Part shown: positions 1-8,432 of the stretch, one piece after another
How the letters are laid out: every line of letters starts with the position of its first letter
Position numbering within the stretch: position 1 is the first letter of the stretch
Virus record (IMG/VR): IMGVR_UViG_3300035562_000118
Location: 1-37,200 of that record
DNA from: a virus
Taxonomy: Duplodnaviria; Caudoviricetes
Strand: one strand, 5' to 3'
DNA: 37,200 bases
Program-made: the position numbers and the translations under genes
The notes under the pieces: model-generated
Told to the model about the DNA's origin: nothing
Databases searched by the model: none
The model's input: only the letters and a program-made list of their open reading frames with translations

Positions 1-15
1 TTATTCAACAAAGCC
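1..15 (-). mobile_element. Terminal inverted repeat (outer 15 bp) of an IS903-like IS5-family element; the rest lies left of the window
   Basis: Reverse complement of 1-15 is GGCTTTGTTGAATAA, matching the start of the IS903 IR (GGCTTTGTTGAATAAATC) as recalled; it supplies the last codons (GFVE*) of the yfjI-like ORF. Confidence 0.8.
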
Positions 16-1029
16 TGCGTAATCTCTAAAGTTTTCTAATACTCCGTTTTTTCTAATTTGCAATTCAACATCGTTAGCGAATTTTATCCAAATCTCCTCA
101 GCATCAGGGGTGAAGTTGAGACATATCCTTTCCCCCCGCTCGGTTAGTTCAATGCTTTCTTTAATTATCTCTACTATTTTATTATGAAAGTCATTCAGGT
201 TGTTTTGAGATATTTTCTGATTTTCAATAAGTCTATAACCTTGGGTTGAACGAGGCTCACAGACGAGGCAGCGGGCCCAAAACCCAATTCCTTTAGCCTC
301 TTCTCCTTTTTTAGCCATATATTTATCGAAGATTTTAGGTTGAACCATCAAAGACAAGCTAAGCCTTGAGTTTCTCATGTTATTTTCATTCGAATGTTTT
401 CTTTGTGTCGATTGGTCTACCCCATCCCAAAGTTGATTAATGAAAGGCAAATCTCTTAGAGCATGACCATCGAATACAGTCCCAGCTTCGTTTGACATCA
501 AGCCAACGGAATTGCGGTGATTGCTGAGATGTTCTTTCATGGCAGCAGGTGTAATATCACTGAATGCCAATTTGCAAGATTTAGGTGGCTGAGGTGGCAT
601 TAACTCCTTTATTCTTTTAGCAATATCTATGGTGCTTTTGTTCTTTTTGCAAATGGTTCTAAATTCAGAAAGTAAATGCTTTTTCTGTGTTTTGAAAATT
701 TCCATTTCGTGATTGTAACTTTCTATATTTTGTGTGTAGATTTCTTCCTGTTCTTTTTCAAATTTATAAATTCCACTCATCAATAGTTTTTCAACCGTGG
801 TTTTCCGCTCTCCAGAACTAGCTTTTATAACGAAGAAAAGTGATGTAGGCCCTACTAATCCTGTCATTCTGCAAACATCCACAGACCCTTGACATCCTAG
901 TGATATAACGGACAAAAGAGCAACTGCGATCATTGAACGAGGTGCCTTTGTTATAATACTTACTTCCTCAATAACTGCTTGTAATGATGGAGAAAGCATC
1001 CCTACAGGAAATTCATTTTCAGCTAGCAT
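1..1029 (-). pseudogene. yfjI: YfjI/DUF3987-family protein, probably C-terminally truncated by IS insertion
   Basis: Motifs ASSGERKTT (Walker-A-like), SDITPAA, SNEAG, NQLWDG, SLSLMVQP, GFWARCL; position after alpA as in CP4-57; ends abruptly in IS-derived sequence. Confidence 0.8.
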
Positions 1030-1126
1030 ATTGTTCCTGCTATAGTTTTATCGTTTGAAATAGCTATTCTGCTATTAATAGCGGAATAGCGAAGTGATAA
1101 GATACATGCCCGGACCAGTTCACCTT

Positions 1127-1342
1127 TTACTCACCGGAAGAGTAAGCACGTTGTAGAATCCAGTCATCAAGTTCAACTTCCAACCATCCTACAGACTGGC
1201 TCCCCAGGGATCTGGGTCTAGGGAAAGTTGGGTCGTGGCGGGGAGATTTTGGGTTAATCCAGTCGTAAATCGTTGATCTGGATAGACCAGTTTTGAGTGC
1301 GACAGCGGGTAGGCGTAGAATTTTTACATTAGATGATGTCAT
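1127..1342 (-). CDS. alpA: AlpA-family regulator/excisionase
   Basis: ILRLPAV..KTGLSRSTIYDWINPKSPRHDPTFPRP.SLG..SVGW..ELDDW, typical AlpA HTH. Confidence 0.93.
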   Translation of the reverse strand: MTSSNVKILRLPAVALKTGLSRSTIYDWINPKSPRHDPTFPRPRSLGSQSVGWLEVELDDWILQRAYSSGE

Positions 1343-1452
1343 GGCTTGTTCTCCTGAATCACATTGGTTTGGATGCAGGAAGATTAAGGATGTGGTCGTT
1401 TTTAAAAAACATTTGTGCCTTCTTGTTTTTTTTATTTTGAAACGAGATGGTG

Positions 1453-1465
1453 TAACTTATTGATT
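1453..1465 (-). promoter_or_regulatory. Putative IHF binding site
   Basis: Reverse complement AATCAATAAGTTA fits WATCAANNNNTTR exactly; lies in the AT-rich divergent alpA/ORF intergenic region. Confidence 0.5.
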
Positions 1466-1473
1466 TTAATCAG

Positions 1474-2220
1474 ATGAATTTTAAAGAAACTTACGATTTT
1501 TTGATAAAAAGCTTTGATGACGTACGTGGAACGATACCAAACTGGGTAGAAAATACGCCGTGGGAATCAGCATGGCCCATGTTGGACTACGAAAATCCTG
1601 ACATTAAGGTTTTTCTGGAACAGCTCGATGCTGAATTCACATCGGCGGACCCTTTTTTCAGAGTGGAACTTTCATTCACTTCTTTAGATCCAGCGCTCAA
1701 CCGAAAAAATAGTGATGGATGGCCTAGTGCTTTCGGGTCTTTTTATAAACAGTTAGAGAGTGCTCTTAGAGAGCGTCAGAAAGGAATATATTTGCGCAAT
1801 GTAAATGATTGCGAATCACTCAAAGCTCTTTTTAAGGCGGTAAGTCATGTTGAGGCTGCGAGAGGGATGTGTATGATGCTCAGCCAAACAATAACAATGG
1901 GATTGTCTGATTGGTACAGAACACAGGGGGCCATCAAAGGTGGTATTGCGAAGGCCGCGCTGAATATCCCAGTTAAAGAGCAGGCTATAAAATTGTTGTA
2001 CGAAAACGCCCCAGCCAAGGGGGGATGGGGAAATAGATCTATGGCGGTAAAAGCTATAGTAGATGAACTTTGGCAGTTTATTGAAGACCAAAATCATCTT
2101 GGGAAGAGGATTGATTTAAGCCATGAAAATTTAGTGACAACGCTGAAACAATGGGCCTACAAAGATGGGTTGCTTCGAGAAGCATTTAATAATACGGTTC
2201 GGACTAAGAAAAAAAAATGA
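1474..2220 (+). CDS. Hypothetical protein (248 aa) in the slot occupied by yfjH in CP4-57
   Basis: Long ORF filling the alpA-int gap, opposite to both; no family recognised. Confidence 0.75.
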   Translation: MNFKETYDFLIKSFDDVRGTIPNWVENTPWESAWPMLDYENPDIKVFLEQLDAEFTSADPFFRVELSFTSLDPALNRKNSDGWPSAFGSFYKQLESALRERQKGIYLRNVNDCESLKALFKAVSHVEAARGMCMMLSQTITMGLSDWYRTQGAIKGGIAKAALNIPVKEQAIKLLYENAPAKGGWGNRSMAVKAIVDELWQFIEDQNHLGKRIDLSHENLVTTLKQWAYKDGLLREAFNNTVRTKKKK

Positions 2221-2260
2221 AGCGTCTAAGACACTCCATTTTTGCATTGTTAATATGATA

Positions 2261-3493
2261 TTACCCGACCAGTCGCAAAGTTCCCTTGTGTGCTTTCCCA
2301 GCTTCAGCGTTAGTTACAAAATCGGCCCACCATTGCATCATTGGTCGTCTCTGCTCAAGATAATCGCTACGGTTGTAAGCACGACGCACCTCATTCTTGT
2401 CCACATGAGCAAGTGCTGCTTCAATCACATCTGGTGGGAATCCTTGCTCGTTAAGGGCCGTACTGGCGATAGATCGCAGGCCATGCGAAACCAGCACTCC
2501 GGCGAAGCCCGCACGCTTTAGTGATGCGTTAACCGTCTGACTATTCATTGGTTGCTTTGGTTTGATACGGCTGGGAAAAATGAATTCTCGATTGCCGCTC
2601 AACGGCTTCATAATTTCCAGAATAGCCACTGCTTCATCTGACAATGGGACGGTATGGTCACGGTTCATTTTCATACGTGATGCAGGGATCTTCCATTCTC
2701 GTGCTTCCATGTCTACCTCTTCCCAACGGGCTTCAGCCGCTTCGGCAGGGCGGGTAATGGTAAGAAGTTGCCACATGAACAGGCATCGTGTTGAAAGGCT
2801 AATGCTAGCTGTTCGCATTGTCTGCATCAGCTGAGGCAACTGATCGGGACGAATGCTGGGCATGTTTTTCTTCTGCGGCTTCTCGAATGCCTTTCCAATA
2901 TTGACACTAGGAACCGCATCAATTAGCCCTGTGTTTTGGGCATAGATCATGACCTCATTAATGCGTTGGCACAGGCGACGAACGGTTTCCAGTGCTCCTC
3001 TGGCCTGAACCGGTTGGACGGCCTGAACCAGTGTGTGAGCTTTAATATCTGTAACACTAATGTCGCCAATTGCAGGAAAGACATCTCTTTCAAGAGAGCG
3101 CCAGATATCGTCGGCATAGTCCTCGGTTACGCTGGCTTTCTTCACGTTCCACCATCGTTCAGCTACGAGCTGGAAAGTATTGGTTTTGGATTCCAGCGAA
3201 CTGCGAAGTTGTTCTTGCTGATGCTCCTGAGGATCGATTTGTTTTGCCAGGAGAGAGCGGGATTCTGCTCGATATCTTCGAGCATCTGCAAGCGTAACTG
3301 CCGGGTAGGGGCCTATGCTCTTCTTCGCACGCTTCTTGGTGACAGGGCGAATGTAGCGAAATTGCCAGATTTTACTTCCGCTGGATTTGATCAGTAGCTC
3401 AAGGCCATCGCCATCATAGAGCACATAGTCCGCGTCCTTGGGTTTGGCAGATTCGATTTCCTTAACGGAGAGAGGTTTGGTTTGTCTTGCCAT
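2261..3493 (-). CDS. intA: P4-family tyrosine integrase (IntA/SlpA-like)
   Basis: N-terminal arm-binding domain (LYDGDGLEL..GSKIWQFRY), catalytic R (TRPAE), HGLR, LAH, Y (RRAYNRS). Confidence 0.95.
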   Translation of the reverse strand: MARQTKPLSVKEIESAKPKDADYVLYDGDGLELLIKSSGSKIWQFRYIRPVTKKRAKKSIGPYPAVTLADARRYRAESRSLLAKQIDPQEHQQEQLRSSLESKTNTFQLVAERWWNVKKASVTEDYADDIWRSLERDVFPAIGDISVTDIKAHTLVQAVQPVQARGALETVRRLCQRINEVMIYAQNTGLIDAVPSVNIGKAFEKPQKKNMPSIRPDQLPQLMQTMRTASISLSTRCLFMWQLLTITRPAEAAEARWEEVDMEAREWKIPASRMKMNRDHTVPLSDEAVAILEIMKPLSGNREFIFPSRIKPKQPMNSQTVNASLKRAGFAGVLVSHGLRSIASTALNEQGFPPDVIEAALAHVDKNEVRRAYNRSDYLEQRRPMMQWWADFVTNAEAGKAHKGTLRLVG

Positions 3494-3511
3494 TGCCGGG
3501 TATCCATAGTT

Positions 3512-3564
3512 TTAGGCACCTCAAAAACAATAAAGCTTTATGAGGTGCCTAACAAGGTGCCTAA
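3512..3564. repeat. Integrase arm-type sites of the island: inverted pair TTAGGCACCTCA / TGAGGTGCCTAA plus direct copy AGGTGCCTAA
   Basis: 3512-3523 and 3541-3552 are perfect 12-bp inverted repeats; 3555-3564 is a direct repeat; located between int start and att. Confidence 0.7.
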
Positions 3565-3618
3565 AAGGTTCGGATTTAATTAGTTGGCTTCAGACTTCGC
3601 GGGACAAATTGAGGGCAC

Positions 3619-3651
3619 AAAAAAGCCCGCAGGGCTTGCGCCGTGCGGGCT
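3619..3651 (-). terminator. Rho-independent terminator downstream of the ssrA 3' end
   Basis: On - strand AGCCCGCA...TGCGGGCT stem followed by a T run. Confidence 0.8.
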
Positions 3652-3697
3652 CTTAGGACTTCATCGGATGACTCTGGTAATCACCGATGGAGAATTT

Positions 3698-3742
3698 TGG
3701 TGGAGCTGGCGGGAGTTGAACCCGCGTCCGAAATTCCTACAT
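3698..3742 (-). repeat. ssrA: Duplicated 3' end of tmRNA gene (ssrA) = prophage att core
   Basis: Reverse complement ATGTAGGAATTTCGGACGCGGGTTCAACTCCCGCCAGCTCCACCA is the enterobacterial tmRNA 3' end with T-arm and CCA; similarity stops at 3742, so it is a fragment and not the full gene. Confidence 0.92.
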
Positions 3743-3827
3743 ACCATTTTCATTGCAATAAAAACAGTATTTTACGTTTTAAAACAGTCGGTTATTGTTA
3801 TGGGGTATGAGTCGGTTTTAGGTGATT

Positions 3828-5048
3828 TTAATACTCTGCCGCCAAATTGCCGCCATCATTTTTATCTATAATGCTGTCATACTCCAGCAAGTTATCCATG
3901 CATTTTTCAAGCTTATAAAAATCCGTAAGAGGATAAAGATTTACAATATCATCATCAAAACTCTGAATTCCTGCCAGTCGCTCTTTACGGCTCAAGAATC
4001 TTGAGGCGGCTCGAATCTCATCATCTTCGTCAGGTTCACAGGTATAGTCTAACGTTTTAAGCACTTGCCATGATACTGGCGGGGTAAGCTCAAACATTTT
4101 TATTAATTTGGGACAAAAATCATTTGTGATGGTTTGCTGGTAGTTAACTTTTGGAGGCAAAACTACATTAATGGATTTTTCCCCATGGTTCGTTTTGACC
4201 ATTCTTGTTGATCTATAAGCAATACCAACAATATTAGATTTACTTCGGCGACTAATCCATTGCATTAATAAATTGGGGATTATGTATTCTTGAGTGAAAG
4301 ATGTACTGTTGGTTTTTTTAGCGAAACTACAGGCATAGATGAGGGGCATTAAAGATAAATATGCAAGTTTTGTAGTAGAAGTCATCCTGTCATTTACACT
4401 TATACCATAAAAATGAGAGTAAAGAATGTCTGCTGTGAAATCGAGTATTTTTGAATTTTCTTCGTTTGAAATGAATGATGATATGTAAAGCTTATCAAAG
4501 TCTGGTTTTCCCATTTCAAGCCAGCAAACATATAATGATGAACCTAAATATAAACATGGTAGTCCAGCTACGGAGTATCTTTGAGCATCTACCAAATGTC
4601 GCATAGAAAACGGAATGTGAAAAATTTCCTTTCTATCTTTGATCGCTGTGTTTGACTTTCTAACACGAAAAAGTGGCCTTGTTGTATTGCATATATTTTT
4701 CAACGGGATTGATATGCTTTGAATGTATCTTGCCGTAACTCTCTCGGAAAAAATACTATCAAAATTATCATATGCGGATTTGATGTCACCTGAAAGAAAG
4801 TCTGACAAAGCATTAACGATGCCAAAATAAATTTTTGTGATTCTTTCGAGCCGCCTTTTTAATCGTCGCGATAACTCATTGTCATTCTCCTCGACATAGT
4901 CGTTTAGAATGTTAAAGTAAATTTGGCACTTTTCTTTGAAGTCGCTAATGATGTCAGTTTCTATAGTAGATGGTAGTTTCAGTTTCTTTTCTCTGACTAT
5001 AATAGAAAATAACTCATTCAGATCATTTGAAATGTTTTCCCTTTCCAT
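3828..5048 (-). CDS. RES-domain protein (406 aa), accessory gene, candidate anti-phage effector
   Basis: LFRVR...FHIPF...QRYSVAGLPCLYLGSSLYVCWLE...YIIPNLLMQWI...GIAYRST carries the R, E, S pattern of RES domains; AT-rich; starts 5 bp after the int stop. Confidence 0.75.
   Translation of the reverse strand: MERENISNDLNELFSIIVREKKLKLPSTIETDIISDFKEKCQIYFNILNDYVEENDNELSRRLKRRLERITKIYFGIVNALSDFLSGDIKSAYDNFDSIFSERVTARYIQSISIPLKNICNTTRPLFRVRKSNTAIKDRKEIFHIPFSMRHLVDAQRYSVAGLPCLYLGSSLYVCWLEMGKPDFDKLYISSFISNEENSKILDFTADILYSHFYGISVNDRMTSTTKLAYLSLMPLIYACSFAKKTNSTSFTQEYIIPNLLMQWISRRSKSNIVGIAYRSTRMVKTNHGEKSINVVLPPKVNYQQTITNDFCPKLIKMFELTPPVSWQVLKTLDYTCEPDEDDEIRAASRFLSRKERLAGIQSFDDDIVNLYPLTDFYKLEKCMDNLLEYDSIIDKNDGGNLAAEY
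3837..3855. repeat. Prophage integrase arm-type direct repeats TGCCGCCA x2
   Basis: 3837-3844 and 3848-3855, 11-bp periodicity, about 100 bp from the att core. Confidence 0.6.
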
Positions 5049-5053
5049 CTTTT

Positions 5054-6082
5054 TTACCTTTGCGCATTATCCAATGAATATAGTGGGTTTTTTGTCACTG
5101 CATCTTCCAAGTGATCCGGTGCAAAGTGCGCGTAAATCATTGTCATTTTTATATCGGCATGGCCCAAAATGTCGCGCAGTACCAGTATGTTTCCGCCGTT
5201 CATCATAAAATGACTTGCGAAAGTATGGCGGAGCACATGAGTACATTGCCCCTCCGGCAAGTCAATACCTGCACGTTTTACTGCACGCTCAAAAGCTTTT
5301 CTGCATGGCGTAAATAACTTACCTCTGTTCTTGGGAAGTTCCTCGTACAGATCCTGCGATATCGGCACGGTGCGGTTTTTCTTGCCTTTGGTTTTAGTGT
5401 AAGTGATCCGGTGTTTCGATAGCTGATGGCCCTGCAGGTTTTCGGCTTCACTCCATCGAGCGCCTGTAGCTAGGCAAATTTTTGTAATCATCAGTAGGCT
5501 GGGGCTTTGCGAATCAGCACATGCATCAAGCAAGCGTTTAATTTCGTCAGAGGCTAGGAACGCCAGTTCCCCCTCTGCGATTTTGAATGTTGGTAGCCCG
5601 GCGAGTGGATTAGGAGCTGACCAGTGGCCCAGCTTTATTAACGTGCCAAAAACAGATGATAGGTTGCGCTGTTCTAGATTTACCGTACGGGGCTTAATCG
5701 GCGACATTAGCGTGCCGTCCTCGTTACGTACCTCACCTTTCAATCGCGCTTCACGGTATTTCGTAAAGTCACCGGCGGTTAACTCAGAGGCGACGGGATC
5801 GCCAAGTCCATTGCAGATAATGTTCAGTTTCGCCATCAGGCGTTTGGGGTCTGCTAGCGTCTGGCCATATAGGGAGTGCCACTGCTCAATCAGTTCTGAC
5901 AAGCGTCGCCGATCTTCCTTTTCACCCAGCCACGGCTTTTTGTTCACTTCGTCCATGGTGAAGTTTTCGAACGCTATGGCCTCGCCTTTCGTCGCAAATT
6001 GCTTGCGCACGCGTTTGCCGTCTCGCCCGCTCGGGTAGCACTCACACAACCACTTTCCGTTTGGCTGCTTCCTGATGGTCAT
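5054..6082 (-). CDS. int: Phage integrase (186/HP1/Fels-2-type tyrosine recombinase)
   Basis: TGARWSE, HVLRHTFASHFMMNGGNI, LGH, YAH motifs. Confidence 0.96.
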   Translation of the reverse strand: MTIRKQPNGKWLCECYPSGRDGKRVRKQFATKGEAIAFENFTMDEVNKKPWLGEKEDRRRLSELIEQWHSLYGQTLADPKRLMAKLNIICNGLGDPVASELTAGDFTKYREARLKGEVRNEDGTLMSPIKPRTVNLEQRNLSSVFGTLIKLGHWSAPNPLAGLPTFKIAEGELAFLASDEIKRLLDACADSQSPSLLMITKICLATGARWSEAENLQGHQLSKHRITYTKTKGKKNRTVPISQDLYEELPKNRGKLFTPCRKAFERAVKRAGIDLPEGQCTHVLRHTFASHFMMNGGNILVLRDILGHADIKMTMIYAHFAPDHLEDAVTKNPLYSLDNAQR

Positions 6083-6084
6083 TT

Positions 6085-6717
6085 TTAAACGCTCTTAATC
6101 GATTTAACAGCACGGCCCACAATTTCAATATCATCTAGAGAGCACTCAAAAGATGATTCGCCTTGTTGAACAACTAAGCGATTACCGGGAATGCGTGCAA
6201 GTTTTGCAATCGTTTTGATTCCATCAATATCAACAAGCCACACCCCATTAACTGGAGGTGTGCCGCTACGATCCACGAGATAAGAACCATCATCAGTATG
6301 GATAAGCAACGGGTTAGTCATGTTGTGAGGTATCAGGCTGTTGTCCAATATGATCTTTCCGTGATCGACTAAAGCCCCACCATCTAACGTTGCTTTATCA
6401 ATCTCAGGAGCCACTACCTCTGATAACGGTTTGATGTGAACTTGGTTCACAAAATCAAAACCATTCTCCGGCCTACCATTATCATTTCTATCCCCTTGTC
6501 CCGTAGTTAACCAGAGCAACGAAACTCCCGTTTCAAGAGCGCACTGTATGACCCACTCAGCAGGGAAACTGTCCCTTAAGTATCTGTTTGCCATGGTGCT
6601 TTTTGAAACTGATAAATGGTCGCACAGCTGTTGTCTGGAGCTGAAATTATAAGCCTTAATTAGCCTGTTGATTGCTTCACGACCTCCACTGTCATTACCA
6701 ACCTTGATTGATCTCAT
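6085..6717 (-). CDS. cI: 186-type CI immunity repressor (ATG at 6717 preferred over TTG at 6723)
   Basis: GGREAINRL..Y...QLCDHL.VSKSTMANRYLRDSFPAEWVIQCALETGVSLLWLTTG N-terminal HTH plus 186-like C-terminal domain; upstream of int. Confidence 0.92.
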   Translation of the reverse strand: MRSIKVGNDSGGREAINRLIKAYNFSSRQQLCDHLSVSKSTMANRYLRDSFPAEWVIQCALETGVSLLWLTTGQGDRNDNGRPENGFDFVNQVHIKPLSEVVAPEIDKATLDGGALVDHGKIILDNSLIPHNMTNPLLIHTDDGSYLVDRSGTPPVNGVWLVDIDGIKTIAKLARIPGNRLVVQQGESSFECSLDDIEIVGRAVKSIKSV

Positions 6718-6728
6718 AAGCAAAACCC

Positions 6729-6757
6729 TTGACGTATATAAAATGTGATCTTAATAT
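6729..6757 (+). promoter_or_regulatory. Lytic promoter pR
   Basis: TTGACG-17 bp-TAATAT pointing at apl/cox. Confidence 0.7.
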
Positions 6758-6833
6758 CCATTCAAGGTTTGAAAAACAAACCTCAACCTTATAAAACGAG
6801 ATAAAACGAAACCAAACTAAGAGATACTGCACT

Positions 6834-7076
6834 ATGAGCACTGATATTTCAATTCGTGTACCAAAAGAGATGGCTACGCCTGCAGAGTTCGCGGAGTGGG
6901 AAGGTATTTCCCGTGGCTCTGTTTACCAAAAAATTCACCATGGTCAGCTAGCTAAGTACATGGTCAAGAAGGAAAAAAACAAAGGCCGGGTAAGCCTGCG
7001 TTACCTGATGTTCAAAACTGATCAGGTCCGTGAATCCCTCGGTCATTCCAACTTCCGCGTCATTGTCGGTCTGTAA
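6834..7076 (+). CDS. Apl/Cox-like repressor-excisionase
   Basis: Small winged-HTH-like protein (TPAEFAEWEGISRGSVYQKI), first gene of the lytic operon. Confidence 0.8.
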   Translation: MSTDISIRVPKEMATPAEFAEWEGISRGSVYQKIHHGQLAKYMVKKEKNKGRVSLRYLMFKTDQVRESLGHSNFRVIVGL

Positions 7077-7108
7077 GTTCAATTATGAGAACTTTCTAAG
7101 GGGCTTAC

Positions 7109-7618
7109 ATGTTTGATTATAGGATTTCCAAACATCCGCACTTTGATGACGCCTGCCGGGCTTTCGCACAGCATCACAATATGGCGAAGCTGGCAGAACG
7201 CGCCGGGATGAACGTTCAGACGCTGCGTAACAAGCTGAATCCTGACCAGCCTCATCAGCTCACGCCGCCGGAAATCTGGCTGCTTACTGATCTAACTGAG
7301 GACTCCACGCTGGTTGACGGTTTTCTGGCTCAGATTCATTGCCTGCCGTGTGTGCCATTGAACGAAGTGGCAAAAGAGAAGCTGCCGCATTACGTCATGA
7401 GTGCTACTGCTGAAATCGGACGTGTTGCTGCCGGTGCCGTATCTGGTGATGTGAAAACCACAGCGGGCCGCCGCGATGTTATCAGCAGTATTAACTCTGT
7501 TACTCGCCTGATGGCGCTGGCTGCCGTTTCCATGCAAGCGCGTTTGCAGGCCAATCCGGCTATGGCAAGTGCGGTAGATACAGTAACGGGCCTCGGCGCT
7601 TCGTTCGGTCTGATCTGA
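7109..7618 (+). CDS. cII: CII lysogeny-establishment activator
   Basis: MFDY..SKHPHFD.AC..FA..HN...LA...GM..QTLRNKLNP.QPHQLT, 186 CII family. Confidence 0.92.
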   Translation: MFDYRISKHPHFDDACRAFAQHHNMAKLAERAGMNVQTLRNKLNPDQPHQLTPPEIWLLTDLTEDSTLVDGFLAQIHCLPCVPLNEVAKEKLPHYVMSATAEIGRVAAGAVSGDVKTTAGRRDVISSINSVTRLMALAAVSMQARLQANPAMASAVDTVTGLGASFGLI

Positions 7619-7625
7619 GGTATTT

Positions 7626-7826
7626 ATGCTGACTAAAGAACCATCTTTTGCATCGCTTCTCGTTAAGCCAAGCCCGGCAATGCACTGCGGTCATGGCTGG
7701 ATTATGGGGAAGGATGGCAAGCGCTGGCACCCGTGCCGCTCGCAGGATGAGCTACTGGCTGAATTGTCCACCACAAAGCAGGGGAAACCATGGCTATTGA
7801 AGGCGATTCTGCGACTGTTCCGCTGA
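7626..7826 (+). CDS. Fil-like (DUF2724) small early protein
   Basis: EPSFASLLVK.SP.MH.GHGWIMG.DG.RWHP motif; position after cII. Confidence 0.75.
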   Translation: MLTKEPSFASLLVKPSPAMHCGHGWIMGKDGKRWHPCRSQDELLAELSTTKQGKPWLLKAILRLFR

Positions 7827-8131
7827 GCCCAGGGCATCGTCTTAACGGGCTAAACCATATTGCAGAGCTAAGAGCGGCAGTGTTTGGCTTAAATATTGAT
7901 TCAGAGCTGGAGCGTTTTATTAGCGATATGAGGGAGCCACGGGATATTAACCATAAACAGAATGAACGCGCATTAGCCGCCATATTCTTTATGGCGAAAA
8001 TTCCGGCGGAACGTCATAGCGTCAATGTGAGTGAGCTGACGACTGACGAAAAACGGGAGCTGATTAAAGCAATGAACCATTTCCGTGCAGTGGTGAGCTT
8101 ATTTCCCAAACGGCTAACCATGCCGAATTAA
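7790..8131 (+). CDS. Conserved P2-like early protein (DUF5347-like)
   Basis: MAIEG...GLNHIAELR...LIKAMNHFRAVVSLFP; synteny. Confidence 0.75.
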   Translation: MAIEGDSATVPLSPGHRLNGLNHIAELRAAVFGLNIDSELERFISDMREPRDINHKQNERALAAIFFMAKIPAERHSVNVSELTTDEKRELIKAMNHFRAVVSLFPKRLTMPN

Positions 8132-8198
8132 TCCACAACAGAAATTAATGGCGTAAACCCGCCGGGCTTCTTATTGCCCAAATTCAGGAGAAACAACT

Positions 8199-8432
8199 AT
8201 GCGAAATATTGAAACCCGTACCACTAAAACCGGACCAGATGATGCTGGACTCAACTTGCTGCTGACTGAGGCACGCAAAGAAGAACGCCGGGGACGCGCA
8301 GATGTGATGGCTGCACGTCTGGACTCTTTGGCAGCCCGTATCGTGTCACGTCAGCTTAACCATACAGAAGCGGCTGAGCTGCTGCGTCAGGAAGCGGTGA
8401 AGATTCAGAACGAAGCTCAGGAGATCCACTGA
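8199..8432 (+). CDS. DUF2732-family early protein
   Basis: LL.EAR.EERR.RA...AAELLRQEA; good RBS (CAGGAG). Confidence 0.8.
   Translation: MRNIETRTTKTGPDDAGLNLLLTEARKEERRGRADVMAARLDSLAARIVSRQLNHTEAAELLRQEAVKIQNEAQEIH

Larger units (their letters stand above)
1..3697 (-). mobile_element. CP4-57/P4-integrase-type genomic island (left part) integrated at the ssrA 3' end
   Basis: int - oppositely oriented ORF - alpA - yfjI order immediately downstream of an ssrA 3' sequence. Confidence 0.85.

Noticed and set aside
2165-3397. + strand ORFs over the island integrase
   Set aside because: Antisense shadows of a well-supported gene, no motifs
3698-3742. A tRNA gene or complete tmRNA
   Set aside because: Only the 3' T-arm/acceptor portion is present; upstream sequence is phage att arm, with no tag-peptide region
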